DNA from: Abditibacteriaceae bacterium
GTDB lineage: Bacteria; Armatimonadota; Abditibacteriia; Abditibacteriales; Abditibacteriaceae
Direction: 5' to 3'
Assembly: GCA_031425655.1 (NCBI GenBank)
Contig: JANPJS010000299.1
Coordinates: 1-16,659, forward strand
Length of the DNA stretch: 16,659 nucleotides
This document shows, piece by piece, positions 1 to 10,427 of this stretch. Below the pieces are notes generated by a model. It was not told the DNA's origin, searched no databases, and saw only the letters and a program-made list of their open reading frames with translations. The stretch's first letter is position 1. Each line of letters starts with the position of its first letter. Both the position numbers and the translations under genes were made by a program.

Positions 1-1491
<1,491 letters not shown>

Positions 1492-1660
1492 AAATTGTTA
1501 ACTAAGAGCCGAAGCCGAAGCTTCAACTCGTTGTTAGAGATGAGAGCGCTCCGAGTCCCCTCGAAGCGATTGAATTGACCTATTACTCGCACATCACTCG
1601 CTCGATAATTTCTTATCGAGACTCAAGCTTTTCGCTATGCTTTCACGAAACCACTATTCA

Positions 1661-1673
1661 GTTTTCAAAGAGC
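1661..1673 (-). promoter_or_regulatory. rrn leader boxA antitermination element
   Basis: Minus strand reads GCTCTTTGAAAAC, located between the proximal promoter and the 16S 5' end. Confidence 0.75.
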
Positions 1674-1729
1674 GCGCCATGCGTCTTAACAGCTCGTTTT
1701 GAGCTATCGTTCGTCACAGGCAAGGGTTA

Positions 1730-1758
1730 ATCTTACAGCGTCCAGCAGAGCGTGTCAA
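1730..1758 (-). promoter_or_regulatory. rrn proximal (P2-like) sigma70 promoter
   Basis: Minus strand TTGACA-17 bp-TAAGAT, preceded by A/T tracts (about 1768-1790) resembling an UP element. Confidence 0.8.
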
Positions 1759-2007
1759 GCCTTCTCGGAAAAAATTCAAAAGAATTTTTTCGAGGCACTT
1801 ACTGAACTCTTTATCCATTACTGGACAACTTCAGCAGTTTGCTTTGACTCGCGTCGTGGGGATTCTGTAGGTTTGAAGGTTCGGCTATTTGATGATTGCT
1901 CATCGCGCGGCCTCAACTACAAACGCCTTATTGACAATCAAGGTTCCACTTTTGCCAAAAAGTTTTTCGCGGCCTTGCGACCACGTTTTTCCGTCCGGCG
2001 AAGAGAG

Positions 2008-2036
2008 ATTATAAAGTGCGGTTAAAGGCGCGTCAA
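2008..2036 (-). promoter_or_regulatory. rrn distal (P1-like) sigma70 promoter
   Basis: Minus strand TTGACG-17 bp-TATAAT with an AT-rich upstream tract, oriented towards the 16S. Confidence 0.85.
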
Positions 2037-2076
2037 GGGCAATTCCAAATGTTTTTTGATTCCCCATCGCTGCACC

Positions 2077-2661
2077 TTAATCCTCGACATAAACTTTCGC
2101 TTTCACCGCAGGGTCGGTAGCGCGATTTAAAGCGACGAGCGCGTTCGTCCACGACGTCGTGCCTTTTCGCAGTTGCCGGCCTAATTGCAGGTTCATTTCC
2201 GGCGAGGGCGTGCCCACCCACAACATCAGCGAATCAAGCCCAGTTTCGATCTCGAAGCTGGCGTCTATGAGTTCGTTATCCATTTTCTTCAATGAACGCG
2301 GCACCGGCGAAATCGCGCGCAGGCGTTTTGTGTTGCCGCGAAGACTTTGCACAGTCGAGGCAAGAGTGGTTTTCAACTTGGCCCAATCCTCTTTGTCGGT
2401 GCCTGTCGCGTCGCCGTCGCGTCTCGCGTGTTTGTCCATTAAAGCGCGCAAATCTTCCATTTTGCCGAAGGTTGACCATAAGTCGGCAAAATGCGGTTTC
2501 AATTCGTCGGAGATGGTTTCGACGCGCTTAACGTAGCTCGCCTGAAGCTGATTCGATGCGGCTTTGGATGGCGTGGCAGGCGCTTTAGCCGGCGGTGCGG
2601 CGAACACGACGGAAGACAACAGAACGGCATAAACGGGCACGGCAATTTTGCAGTTTTTCAT
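2077..2661 (-). CDS. Hypothetical secreted alpha-helical protein (194 aa)
   Basis: ATG at 2661 preceded by GGAGAAG; N-terminus MKNCKIAVPVYAVLLSSVVFA-A is signal-peptide-like, followed by a Pro/Ala linker and amphipathic helices. Confidence 0.75.
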   Translation of the reverse strand: MKNCKIAVPVYAVLLSSVVFAAPPAKAPATPSKAASNQLQASYVKRVETISDELKPHFADLWSTFGKMEDLRALMDKHARRDGDATGTDKEDWAKLKTTLASTVQSLRGNTKRLRAISPVPRSLKKMDNELIDASFEIETGLDSLMLWVGTPSPEMNLQLGRQLRKGTTSWTNALVALNRATDPAVKAKVYVED

Positions 2662-2745
2662 GACGACTTCTCCACGAAAATTTTTAGCATTATAACCCAT
2701 TTACAAATCGCCACGTTAAACTGGCCTGCAATGAATACCAATTCC

Positions 2746-3936
2746 ATGAAATACCGGCGTTTTGGCCGGACAGAACTGCAAATGCCGGTCTTTTCCTGCG
2801 GCGGAATGCGCTATCAGCAAGCGTGGGGCGACCTTGAGCCGGAGAGGATAGAAAAAGAGAATCAGGCCAATTTGGAAGCGACGATTTCGCGCGCTCTGGA
2901 ACTGGGCATCAACCACATCGAAACTGCGCGCGGCTACGGCACCAGCGAAATGCAATTGGGCTGGATTTTGCCGAAATTACCGCGCGAAAAAATCATTATT
3001 CAAACTAAAGTTGGGCCGAACGAAAACGCCAAAGTATTTTTGGAAAACTTCGAGAAATCCATGCGTTATCTCAAGCTCGATTACGTGGATTTATTATCGT
3101 TTCACGGCATAAATAATCAGGAAACTTTGGATCAAACTGTGCTGCGCGGAGGCTGTTTGGAAATCGTGCGGCAACTGCAAAAAGATGGGCGTGTTCGCTT
3201 CGTCGGTTTTTCAACGCATGGCCCCGAAAAGATCATCACCAAAGCCGTAAATACCGGTGAATTTGATTATTACAACGTGCATTGGTATTTCGTAAATCCG
3301 CTCAATTGGCCTTCGATTGAAGCCGCGCAAAAACAGGATATGGGCGTGTTTATTATTTCGCCCAACGACAAAGGCGGATTGCTTTATAAAGCGCCTCCTA
3401 AAATGAAGGATTTATGCTCGCCGCTCACGCCGATGCAATTCAACGGTTTATATTGCCTGGCGCGTCCTGAAGTTCATACTTTGAGCTGCGGCGCGGCGCG
3501 TCCGAGTGATTTTGACGAACATATCGAAGCCTTGAAATATTACGACGAGGCGGCGTCGGTCGTCGCACCGATTGAAGAGCGATTGCGCGACGAAATGAAA
3601 AATATATTAGGTGAAGATTGGTGTATGCGTTGGAGCGAAGGCGTGCCCGATCACGACCAAATTCCCGGTGATTTAAATGTGCTGGAAATACTGCGTTTAT
3701 GGACTTATTCCAAGCCTCTCGACCTCATCGAATGGGGAAAAATGCGCTACAACCTGATGGGAAACGCCAATCACTTTTTTCCCGGATCGAAGCCCGGAAA
3801 CGTGGATAAACAACACGAAAAAGAACTAATCGAAGCACTGAAAAACAGCCCGTTTGCGGCGCGTATTCCCGCTATTTTGCGCGAGGCGCACGACCTGCTT
3901 GTCGGCGAAGAAAAAAAGCGCTTAAGCGAAAGCTAA
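2746..3936 (+). CDS. Aldo/keto reductase family oxidoreductase
   Basis: MKYRRFGRTELQMPVFSCGGMR N-terminus, GINHIETARGYGTSE, IQTK, LKLDYVDLL, GRVRFVGFSTHG. Alternative start is ATG 2731; the ORF-track extension from 2491 overlaps the divergent gene and is unlikely. Confidence 0.92.
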   Translation: MKYRRFGRTELQMPVFSCGGMRYQQAWGDLEPERIEKENQANLEATISRALELGINHIETARGYGTSEMQLGWILPKLPREKIIIQTKVGPNENAKVFLENFEKSMRYLKLDYVDLLSFHGINNQETLDQTVLRGGCLEIVRQLQKDGRVRFVGFSTHGPEKIITKAVNTGEFDYYNVHWYFVNPLNWPSIEAAQKQDMGVFIISPNDKGGLLYKAPPKMKDLCSPLTPMQFNGLYCLARPEVHTLSCGAARPSDFDEHIEALKYYDEAASVVAPIEERLRDEMKNILGEDWCMRWSEGVPDHDQIPGDLNVLEILRLWTYSKPLDLIEWGKMRYNLMGNANHFFPGSKPGNVDKQHEKELIEALKNSPFAARIPAILREAHDLLVGEEKKRLSES

Positions 3937-3981
3937 AAACACAAGACTCTGCCCAGGTGCGACCAGCTCAATCCGAGTTTG

Positions 3982-4200
3982 TCAGCCCGCTCTGCGCTGA
4001 TGTTGGCGGCGTTTGTAAGCGTTCGCCGTGTTGGAACCTTGACGGTCATTGGCGGCGCGTCCCGGAGCCGGTTTTTCGCCGCGCATTTTGGCTTGTTGCT
4101 CGCGCAACAATTCCAATGGCGTCTTAGCGCGTGGCGCTTCGGTTTGGTTCTCGTCTTCTGCGTTTTGTGGCGATACGGCCTCGTTGTTTTCGTCTGACAT
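3982..4200 (-). CDS. Small charged hypothetical protein (72 aa)
   Basis: ATG at 4200 with GGAG SD (TGGAGTCATTATG); acidic N-terminus, short helix PLELLREQQAKMR, basic tail KRRQHQRRAG; fits between neighbouring genes without overlap. Confidence 0.7.
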   Translation of the reverse strand: MSDENNEAVSPQNAEDENQTEAPRAKTPLELLREQQAKMRGEKPAPGRAANDRQGSNTANAYKRRQHQRRAG

Positions 4201-4283
4201 AATGACTCCAATCCCGTTGTAGTGTGACGTGCCAAGTTGCAGCGAACAAGCCATAGACTGCTTCACCTTACGCGGTCTCGCCG

Positions 4284-4474
4284 TTTTCAACGATAAGGCG
4301 GAAAGAACGGGAAGACGGAAAATCTTGAGAGAGTTGACGAGGCGAAAAAACGGCTATAATACAGCCCTCATCCAATATCCAAGCGCAAACCCAACAGATC
4401 ATGGTGATGTCCGCCCGTCCAAAGCGCTCAAATCTCTTCCCGCCTTCCCGTTCTTACCGCCTTTCCGTTGAAAA
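4284..4474. repeat. Imperfect 35-bp inverted repeat (4284-4318 / 4440-4474) built of 8-9-bp CGGNAAG units, enclosing about 120 bp
   Basis: Arms match at 31/35; an outer 11/12 match also exists (4263-4274 / 4495-4506). Confidence 0.8.
4334..4360 (+). promoter_or_regulatory. Candidate sigma70 promoter upstream of the ABC exporter
   Basis: TTGACG-15 bp-TATAAT; perfect -10 but a short spacer. Confidence 0.45.
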
Positions 4475-4569
4475 AACACGGAAGCATAGCACGGCGCCTA
4501 AGGTGAGAGACGGCTTCAGATTTCAAAAATGGCTTGCCTTTCCTCTTTATCTGTGCCAAGAGAAAGAAC

Positions 4570-6540
4570 ATGGCCGTAGAAATCGCTGAACCTAAGCCGC
4601 AACTTAAAACTCGTCCCAATCTCCGTTTCAAATCTCCGTTTTCTGGAAAATTCCGTTCACCTCGCAAATTTTTGGCGTTTCGTAAAGTGCGCGAAAACCC
4701 GACGCCGCGCAGCTCGTTGATGCGCTTCCTTCAATACGTGCGGCCTTATTCCGGCATCATTTATTTCGCCATTTTGGCGGGAATGCTGAAATTCATTTTG
4801 CCGGCGTCGTTAGCCGTCACGGTGCGTTTCGTCACCGACAGGCTGGTGGTTGATGGAGCCAAAGAAAAGGGCGATGTTTCGTATGCGTTTACGCTGCGCT
4901 ATCTCGACTGGGCCGGCGCGCATCTGCCCGGCGCGCTCTGGCGCACGCCGTGGGGCCAGCTTAACCTGCTGATGGGCACGCTTTTCGTGGTTTATCTGCT
5001 TTGGGCCGTCAGCTTTTATTATCGAACCTATTTGGCGCAATTGGCCGGGCATCGCGTGATTCTCGATTTGCGAACCGATTTATATCAGCACATTACGCGG
5101 CTCAGCCATTCGTTTTTTCATCAGAATCAGTCGGGCGGCATTGTGTCGCGCTTGATGAGCGATATTGCCTTGGCGCAGAACTTTGTCGGCAGCGCCATGA
5201 CCGCGATTTGGATGGATTTGGCTTCGTGTATTTTCTACATTTGGATTCTTTTCTCGATGGATGTGCCGCTCGCGTGGGCTTCGCTGGTGGTTTTTCCTTT
5301 TTATCTGGCTTCGATGAGAACCTTCGGACGGCGCGCCAAAAGCACCACAAAAGCGGTGCAGGAAGCCCTCGCAGAGTTTTCCGGCGACGTGCAAGAGCGC
5401 GTGGCGGGCATCAACGTGGTGAAAAGTTTCGCGGCGGAAAAGCGTGAGGCGGCCTCGTTTTTCCACGAAGCGCGCGGCCTTTACGACCTCACGATGCGCA
5501 GCGTTCACGTCACGGCGCTCTCGAATTCGCTGACGCAGTGGCTCACGCAAGTGGCGACCTTAGCCTTACTCTGGTTTGGCGGCTACCGCGTGCTGCACGG
5601 ACAAACCAGCGTCGGAACGGTCTTCGCTTTCACGATGCTGGTGAAAGAATTGTATTTGCCGCTCAACCGCATCAGCGAAATGAACACGGTTTTGAACAAC
5701 TCGCTGGCGGCGATTGACCGCGTTTTCGAGGTGTTCGACATCGAACCCGACGTGCGCGAAAAGCCTGACGCCAAACGGTTGGGCCGCGTCAAAGGCGCGA
5801 TTCGCTTCGATAACGTGACGTTCGGCTACGAGGCTGGACAAGCGGTGCTGCACGACATTAATCTGGAGATTCAGCCCGGCGAAGTGATCGCTTTAGTCGG
5901 GCCGAGCGGGGCTGGCAAAAGCACGATGGTGCAATTGGTGCCGCGTTTTTTCGACCCGCAGAAGGGCAGAATTCTCATTGACGGCACCGATTTGCGCGAC
6001 GTGAATTTGCGTTCGCTGCGCAGTCAGATTGGCGTAGTCGCGCAGGAAACACTGCTTTTTTCGGGCAGCGTGCGCGAGAATTTGCTTTACGGCAAGCCGG
6101 GCGCCAGCGAAGCCGAAATCGAAGTAGCCGCGCACGCCGCGCACGCGCACGAGTTTTTAGAAAAGCTGCCCGACGGCTACGACACGATGCTCGGCGAACG
6201 CGGCGCGAAACTTTCCGGCGGCCAAAAGCAGCGCATCGCCATTGCCCGTGCCTTTTTGTGCGATCCGCGCATTTTGATTTTAGACGAAGCCACCAGCGCC
6301 CTCGACAGCGAATCGGAAGCCTTGATTCAGGAAGCTCTTGCCAAGCTGATGCAGAATCGCACCAACATCGTCATCGCGCACCGGCTCAGCACAATTTTAG
6401 GCGCCGACCGCATCGCGGTGATGCAGGATGGCCGCATCGTGGACATCGCGCCGCACCGCGAATTATTAGACCGTTGCCCGCTTTACGCGAATTTATACAA
6501 CACGCAGTTTCATTTGGCGTTGGAATCAGTCGGGGGTTAA
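4570..6540 (+). CDS. ABC exporter, fused permease/ATP-binding protein (MsbA/Sav1866-like)
   Basis: Multi-TM N-terminal domain; Walker A GPSGAGKS, Q-loop VAQE, signature LSGGQKQR, Walker B ILILDEATSALD, H-loop IAHRL. The start is uncertain (4570 or a later ATG). Confidence 0.95.
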   Translation: MAVEIAEPKPQLKTRPNLRFKSPFSGKFRSPRKFLAFRKVRENPTPRSSLMRFLQYVRPYSGIIYFAILAGMLKFILPASLAVTVRFVTDRLVVDGAKEKGDVSYAFTLRYLDWAGAHLPGALWRTPWGQLNLLMGTLFVVYLLWAVSFYYRTYLAQLAGHRVILDLRTDLYQHITRLSHSFFHQNQSGGIVSRLMSDIALAQNFVGSAMTAIWMDLASCIFYIWILFSMDVPLAWASLVVFPFYLASMRTFGRRAKSTTKAVQEALAEFSGDVQERVAGINVVKSFAAEKREAASFFHEARGLYDLTMRSVHVTALSNSLTQWLTQVATLALLWFGGYRVLHGQTSVGTVFAFTMLVKELYLPLNRISEMNTVLNNSLAAIDRVFEVFDIEPDVREKPDAKRLGRVKGAIRFDNVTFGYEAGQAVLHDINLEIQPGEVIALVGPSGAGKSTMVQLVPRFFDPQKGRILIDGTDLRDVNLRSLRSQIGVVAQETLLFSGSVRENLLYGKPGASEAEIEVAAHAAHAHEFLEKLPDGYDTMLGERGAKLSGGQKQRIAIARAFLCDPRILILDEATSALDSESEALIQEALAKLMQNRTNIVIAHRLSTILGADRIAVMQDGRIVDIAPHRELLDRCPLYANLYNTQFHLALESVGG

Positions 6541-6555
6541 AACCCGGCAATTACC

Positions 6556-9474
6556 ATGAACCTTCTCGAATTCATCCAACGCTGGCAGCGTAGCACGCGC
6601 ACCGAGAGGTCGGGGGCGCAGGAGCATTTTCTCGATTTGTGCGCGCTGGTCGGGCATCAAACGCCCGCTCAGCTTGACCCGAACGGCGACTTCTTCACCT
6701 TTGAAAAAGGGCTGGCCAAAAGCAGCGGCAAGCAAGGCTAGGCCGACGTGTGGAAGCGCGGCTTTTTCGCTATCGAATACAAAGGCAAGCACAAAGACCT
6801 CGACGCGGCTTATAACCAGCTCAAGCAGTATCAAAACAGCCTCGAAAACCCGCCGCTGCTCATCGTCTGCGACATGACGCGCTTGATTGTTTACACGCAT
6901 TTTACGGGCAAGCCGACGACTCAAACCCTGATCGTGCTGGAAGAAAGCGCTATCGGCGGCGAAACGCTTCAAGCGGCGATTTTCGAGCAGTTGCGCGACA
7001 TTTTCTTTCATCCCGAACGCTTTGAGCCGCAGGAAACCATTGAGGCCATTACCGAGCGCGCGGCCAGCAAATTGGGCGGACTGGCGCTGACGATGGGCAA
7101 ACGCTACGAACCCGAAGCCGTGGCGCGTTTTCTCGACCGCATCGTGTTTTGCCTGTTCGCCGAAGACATTGATTTGCTGCCCGCGACTGTGTTTTCGCGC
7201 CTGCTGGAAAGCAATCGCTACAACGTGCCGCGCTGCTGCAAATTGATCGGCGATTTGTTTGGAGTGATGGCCGTCGGCGGCGATTTCGGCGAGCATTCGA
7301 TTCGGCGCTTCAACGGCAATTTGTTCAACGAAGAATTGCGTTTTGAACTCACCGAAAGCGAATTGAACGCCGTCATCGAAGCCGCCAAATTGGACTGGAA
7401 AAATGTTGACCCGTCCATTTTCGGCACGCTTTTCGAGCGCGGTCTCGACCCGAACAAACGCTCGCAATTGGGCGCGCATTACACCAGCCGCGCCGACATC
7501 GAAACCCTGATTGAACCCGTGATTATGGCGCCGCTGCGCCGCGAATGGGATGCGGTGCGGAGCCTTGCAGGGGCGCAACCTGTTGCGCCCAAAATTGCGC
7601 CCGAATCAAAGGGCGCGGCGGGCGAGGACGCAAATTTGGGCGCAACAGGTTGCGCCCCTACAAACTCCGAACTCATCCGCCAATTTCTCGCGCGTTTGGC
7701 TGCGGTGCGCGTGCTTGATCCGGCGTGCGGGTCGGGGAATTTTCTTTATATCGCGCTGCAAAAGCTGAAAGATTTGGAAAAAAGTGTCCTCACGTTCGCG
7801 CGCGACCGCGATTTGGGCGAATGGGCGCCGACGGTTTCGCCGCTTCAGCTTTTCGGACTCGAACTCAACGCTTACGCCTTCGATTTGGCGCAGACGACGG
7901 TCTGGATCGGCTATTTGCAATGGCTGCGCGCCAACGGCTATTTGTTCACCGAAGACCCCGTGCTTCGCAAAACCGACAACTTTCGCAACGCCGACGCGAT
8001 TCTCGATTTATCCGGTGAGCTTCCGCGCGAAGCCCAGTGGCCCGAAGCCGATTTCATCGTCGGAAACCCGCCGTTTTTGGGCGGCAGCCGCTTGTGGGAA
8101 GAATTAGGGCGCGATTATCAACAAAAATTGTGGGGCGTTTATCAGAATCGCGTGCCGGGCGGCGCCGATTTGTGCTGCTACTGGTTTGAAAAAACGCGCG
8201 GGCAAATCGCGGACGGCCAAGTGCAGCGCGCCGGTTTGATTGCCACGCAGTCCATTCGCGGCGGCGTCAACCGCGAAGTGCTGAAGCGCATCAAGCAAAG
8301 CGGCGATATTTTCTTCGCCGTCAGCGACCGCGATTGGATTCTCAACGGCGCCAATGTGCATATTTCCATCGTCGCTTTCGACAACGGCAGCGAGACAAGC
8401 CGCGTTTTGGATGGACAGCCCGTCGCCGCGATTAACGCCGATTTGTCAAGCGCAACTGATGTCACGCAAGCGCGAAAGTTAGCTAAAAATTCTGGAATTT
8501 GCTTTATAGGAGCTAAGAAGGCCGGAAAATTTGAGTTTAGGGAAAAGGAAGCGCGGCCATTGCTTTACATGCCCAATCCTCACGGTAAGCCAAATTCGGA
8601 CGTGCTTCGACCGTGGGTCAACGCTGCGGCTCTAACTCAAGGCCGAGAAGATCATTGGATTATTGATGCCGGTGCGATGCAGGAAGATGATTTTGCACTT
8701 TATGAGCATCTTTATTTTCGAGTTGAGGCATTGATTAAGCCGGAAAGAATGAAGAATAACGAAGAGCGTGCCCGGCGTCTCTGGTGGCAGCACCGCCGAC
8801 CTTCGGAAGATATGCAGACAGCGGTTAATGCTCTACCTCGTTACATTGCAACGCCTCGCCATTCAAAACACCGCGTTTTTGTCTGGCTCACTCCTGAAAT
8901 CTTAAGCGACGATGGAATTTACGTTTTCGCCCGCGACGACGATTATTTTTTTGGCGTTGTGCATTCGCGGCTGCACGAAGTTTGGGCGCGGGCGCAGGGA
9001 ACACAGTTGCGCGAGCGAGAAAGCGGCTTTCGCTACACGCCGACAAGTTGCTTCGAGACGTTTCCCTTTCCCGCACGGAGCGACGAACAGCACGCGGCGA
9101 TTAGCGCGGCGGCGAAGAATCTCGACACTCTGCGCCGCAATTGGCTCAATCCGCCCGAATGGACGCGCGAGGAGATTTTGGAATTTCCCGGCAGCGTGTC
9201 CGGCCCGTGGTCGCGCTACGTTGAGGATGCCGACGAGCGCGGATTGGGAACCGTGCGTTATCCGCGCCGCGTGCCCAAAGACGCGATTTTAGCGATGAAT
9301 TTCGTTAAACGCACGCTCACCAACCTTTACAACGAGCGCCCGGCGTGGCTGGACAACGCCCACAAAAAGCTCGACGCCGCTGTTTTCGCCGCTTACGATT
9401 GGCCCGCTTCGCTTTCCGACGACGAAATTCTGGCGCGTTTTCTGGAGTTAAACCATGAGCGCGCGACACCATGA
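6556..9474 (+). pseudogene. MmeI/YeeA-like type IIL/IIG restriction endonuclease-N6-adenine methyltransferase fusion, interrupted by one in-frame TAG at 6739-6741
   Basis: ORFs 6556-6741 and 6748-9474 are in the same frame (..GKQG*ADVWKRGFFAIEYK..). PD-(D/E)xK-like AD...EYK nuclease motif, helical spacer (FNGNLF, SIFGTLFE, GAHYTS), motif I VLDPACGSGNFL, motif IV GNPPF, C-terminal YTPTSCFETFPFP and AHKKLDAAVFAAY typical of the MmeI family. Confidence 0.9.
7566..7662. repeat. REP doublet (REPIN-like, GTAG-type) inserted in-frame in the R-M gene
   Basis: TGCAGGGGCGCAACCTGTTGCGCCCAAA (7566-7593) and its inverted copy (7635-7662, reading TGTAGGGGCG... on the minus strand) match at 27/28; each arm is itself a GGGCGCAAC/GTTGCGCCC hairpin. 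Confidence 0.88.
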
Positions 9475-10427
9475 TTGACCACGACCGCTTATTCAAAGAA
9501 TTGCTGACAACGTGCTTTCAGGATTTCATCGAGCTATTCGCGCCCGATTTAGCGGCGCGCGTCGAATGGGACTCGCTGCGCTTTTTAGATAAGGAAATTT
9601 TCACCGACGTGACCGAAGGCGAGCGTCACGAGGCCGATTTAATCGCTGTGGCGCGCGTGCGCGGCGAAGAATCGTGCTTTTTGATTCACGTCGAAAATCA
9701 AGCGTCGAAGCAGTCTGAGTTCGCCGAGCGGATGTTTCATTATTTTGCGCGCTTGCGCTCTAAACATCGCCTGCCGATTTATCCGATTGTGCTTTTCTCC
9801 TACGACAAGCCGCGCAAAGCCGAGCCGGATTTCTTCCGCGTCGAGTTGGCGGGCCTGCAAGTTTTGGATTTCCGCTTTCATGCCATTCAACTCAATCGTT
9901 TGTCATGGCGCGATTACGTCAAACACGCCAACCCGGTCGCGTCGGCGTTAATGGCGAAAATGCAAATCGCGCCGCACGAACGGGCAAAGGTAAAATTAGA
10001 GTGTCTGCGCTTGCTGGTGACTCTGAAACTGAACCCGGCGCGGATGCAAATGATCGCCGGCTTCGTGGATACTTATTTGGAACTGAACCGCGAAGAATTT
10101 CAAGAATTCAATCGGGAACTGGCCAGGGAACAACCGGCGCAAAGGGAGAAAGTCGTGGAAATCACAGGAAATTGGGCACGCGAAAATTGGCACAAGGGGC
10201 AACAGGAAGGCCGTCAGGAAGGGCGACGCCAAGAGGCATCTACTTTAATTCTTCGCCAGTTGACGCGGCGCGTCGGGCCGCTGACCAAAAGATTGGAAAG
10301 CCGCGTGCAAAAACTGCCCTTGGAAAAAGCCGAAGCCTTAGCCGAGGCGCTGCTCGATTTTTCAACGCGCGCCGATTTGGAAGCGTGGCTCCAAGCCAAT
10401 GCAAAAACGGTTGTGGAAACCAAGTGA
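9471..10427 (+). CDS. Rpn/YhgA-like PD-(D/E)XK nuclease with C-terminal DUF4351-like domain (copy 1)
   Basis: DHDRLFKELL N-terminus, EADL...LIHVENQ catalytic motif, RMFHYF, (E)GRQE repeats and an LRQLTRRVG...LAEALLDF...DLEAWL tail; ATGA overlap with the R-M stop. Confidence 0.9.
   Translation: MIDHDRLFKELLTTCFQDFIELFAPDLAARVEWDSLRFLDKEIFTDVTEGERHEADLIAVARVRGEESCFLIHVENQASKQSEFAERMFHYFARLRSKHRLPIYPIVLFSYDKPRKAEPDFFRVELAGLQVLDFRFHAIQLNRLSWRDYVKHANPVASALMAKMQIAPHERAKVKLECLRLLVTLKLNPARMQMIAGFVDTYLELNREEFQEFNRELAREQPAQREKVVEITGNWARENWHKGQQEGRQEGRRQEASTLILRQLTRRVGPLTKRLESRVQKLPLEKAEALAEALLDFSTRADLEAWLQANAKTVVETK
10155..10427 (+). CDS. Predicted nested in-frame small protein (RpnS-type antitoxin), 90 aa
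   Basis: AGGGAGAAAGTC-GTG in frame at codon 229, immediately before the EGRQ/DUF4351 region; the same arrangement occurs in copy 2. Confidence 0.6.
   Translation: MEITGNWARENWHKGQQEGRQEGRRQEASTLILRQLTRRVGPLTKRLESRVQKLPLEKAEALAEALLDFSTRADLEAWLQANAKTVVETK

Noticed and set aside
1699..2025. 108-aa + strand ORF and a TTGACA at 1932
   Set aside because: Antisense to the rrn promoter/leader region, no SD or protein-like features, and no matching -10 for that TTGACA.
2491..2745. N-terminal extension of the aldo/keto reductase ORF
   Set aside because: Overlaps the divergent gene; family similarity begins at MKYRRFGRT.
6529..6548. Small hairpin GGGTT-AA-AACCC covering the ABC stop, possibly a degenerate REP
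   Set aside because: Too short and single-copy in this window to support.
6739..6741. Genome-wide TAG recoding or pyrrolysine
   Set aside because: scpA and scpB end at TAG at plausible positions, no other gene has an internal TAG, and no pyl genes are visible.
6526..7578. 350-aa antisense ORF
   Set aside because: Shadow of the GC-rich R-M gene; no recognisable motifs.
9905..10423. Long alternative-frame extension of the VOC ORF over Rpn, with a similar ORF at 13619-14047
   Set aside because: The similarity is explained by paralogous Rpn DNA; the VOC domain starts at GTG 10424 and the extension is not protein-like.
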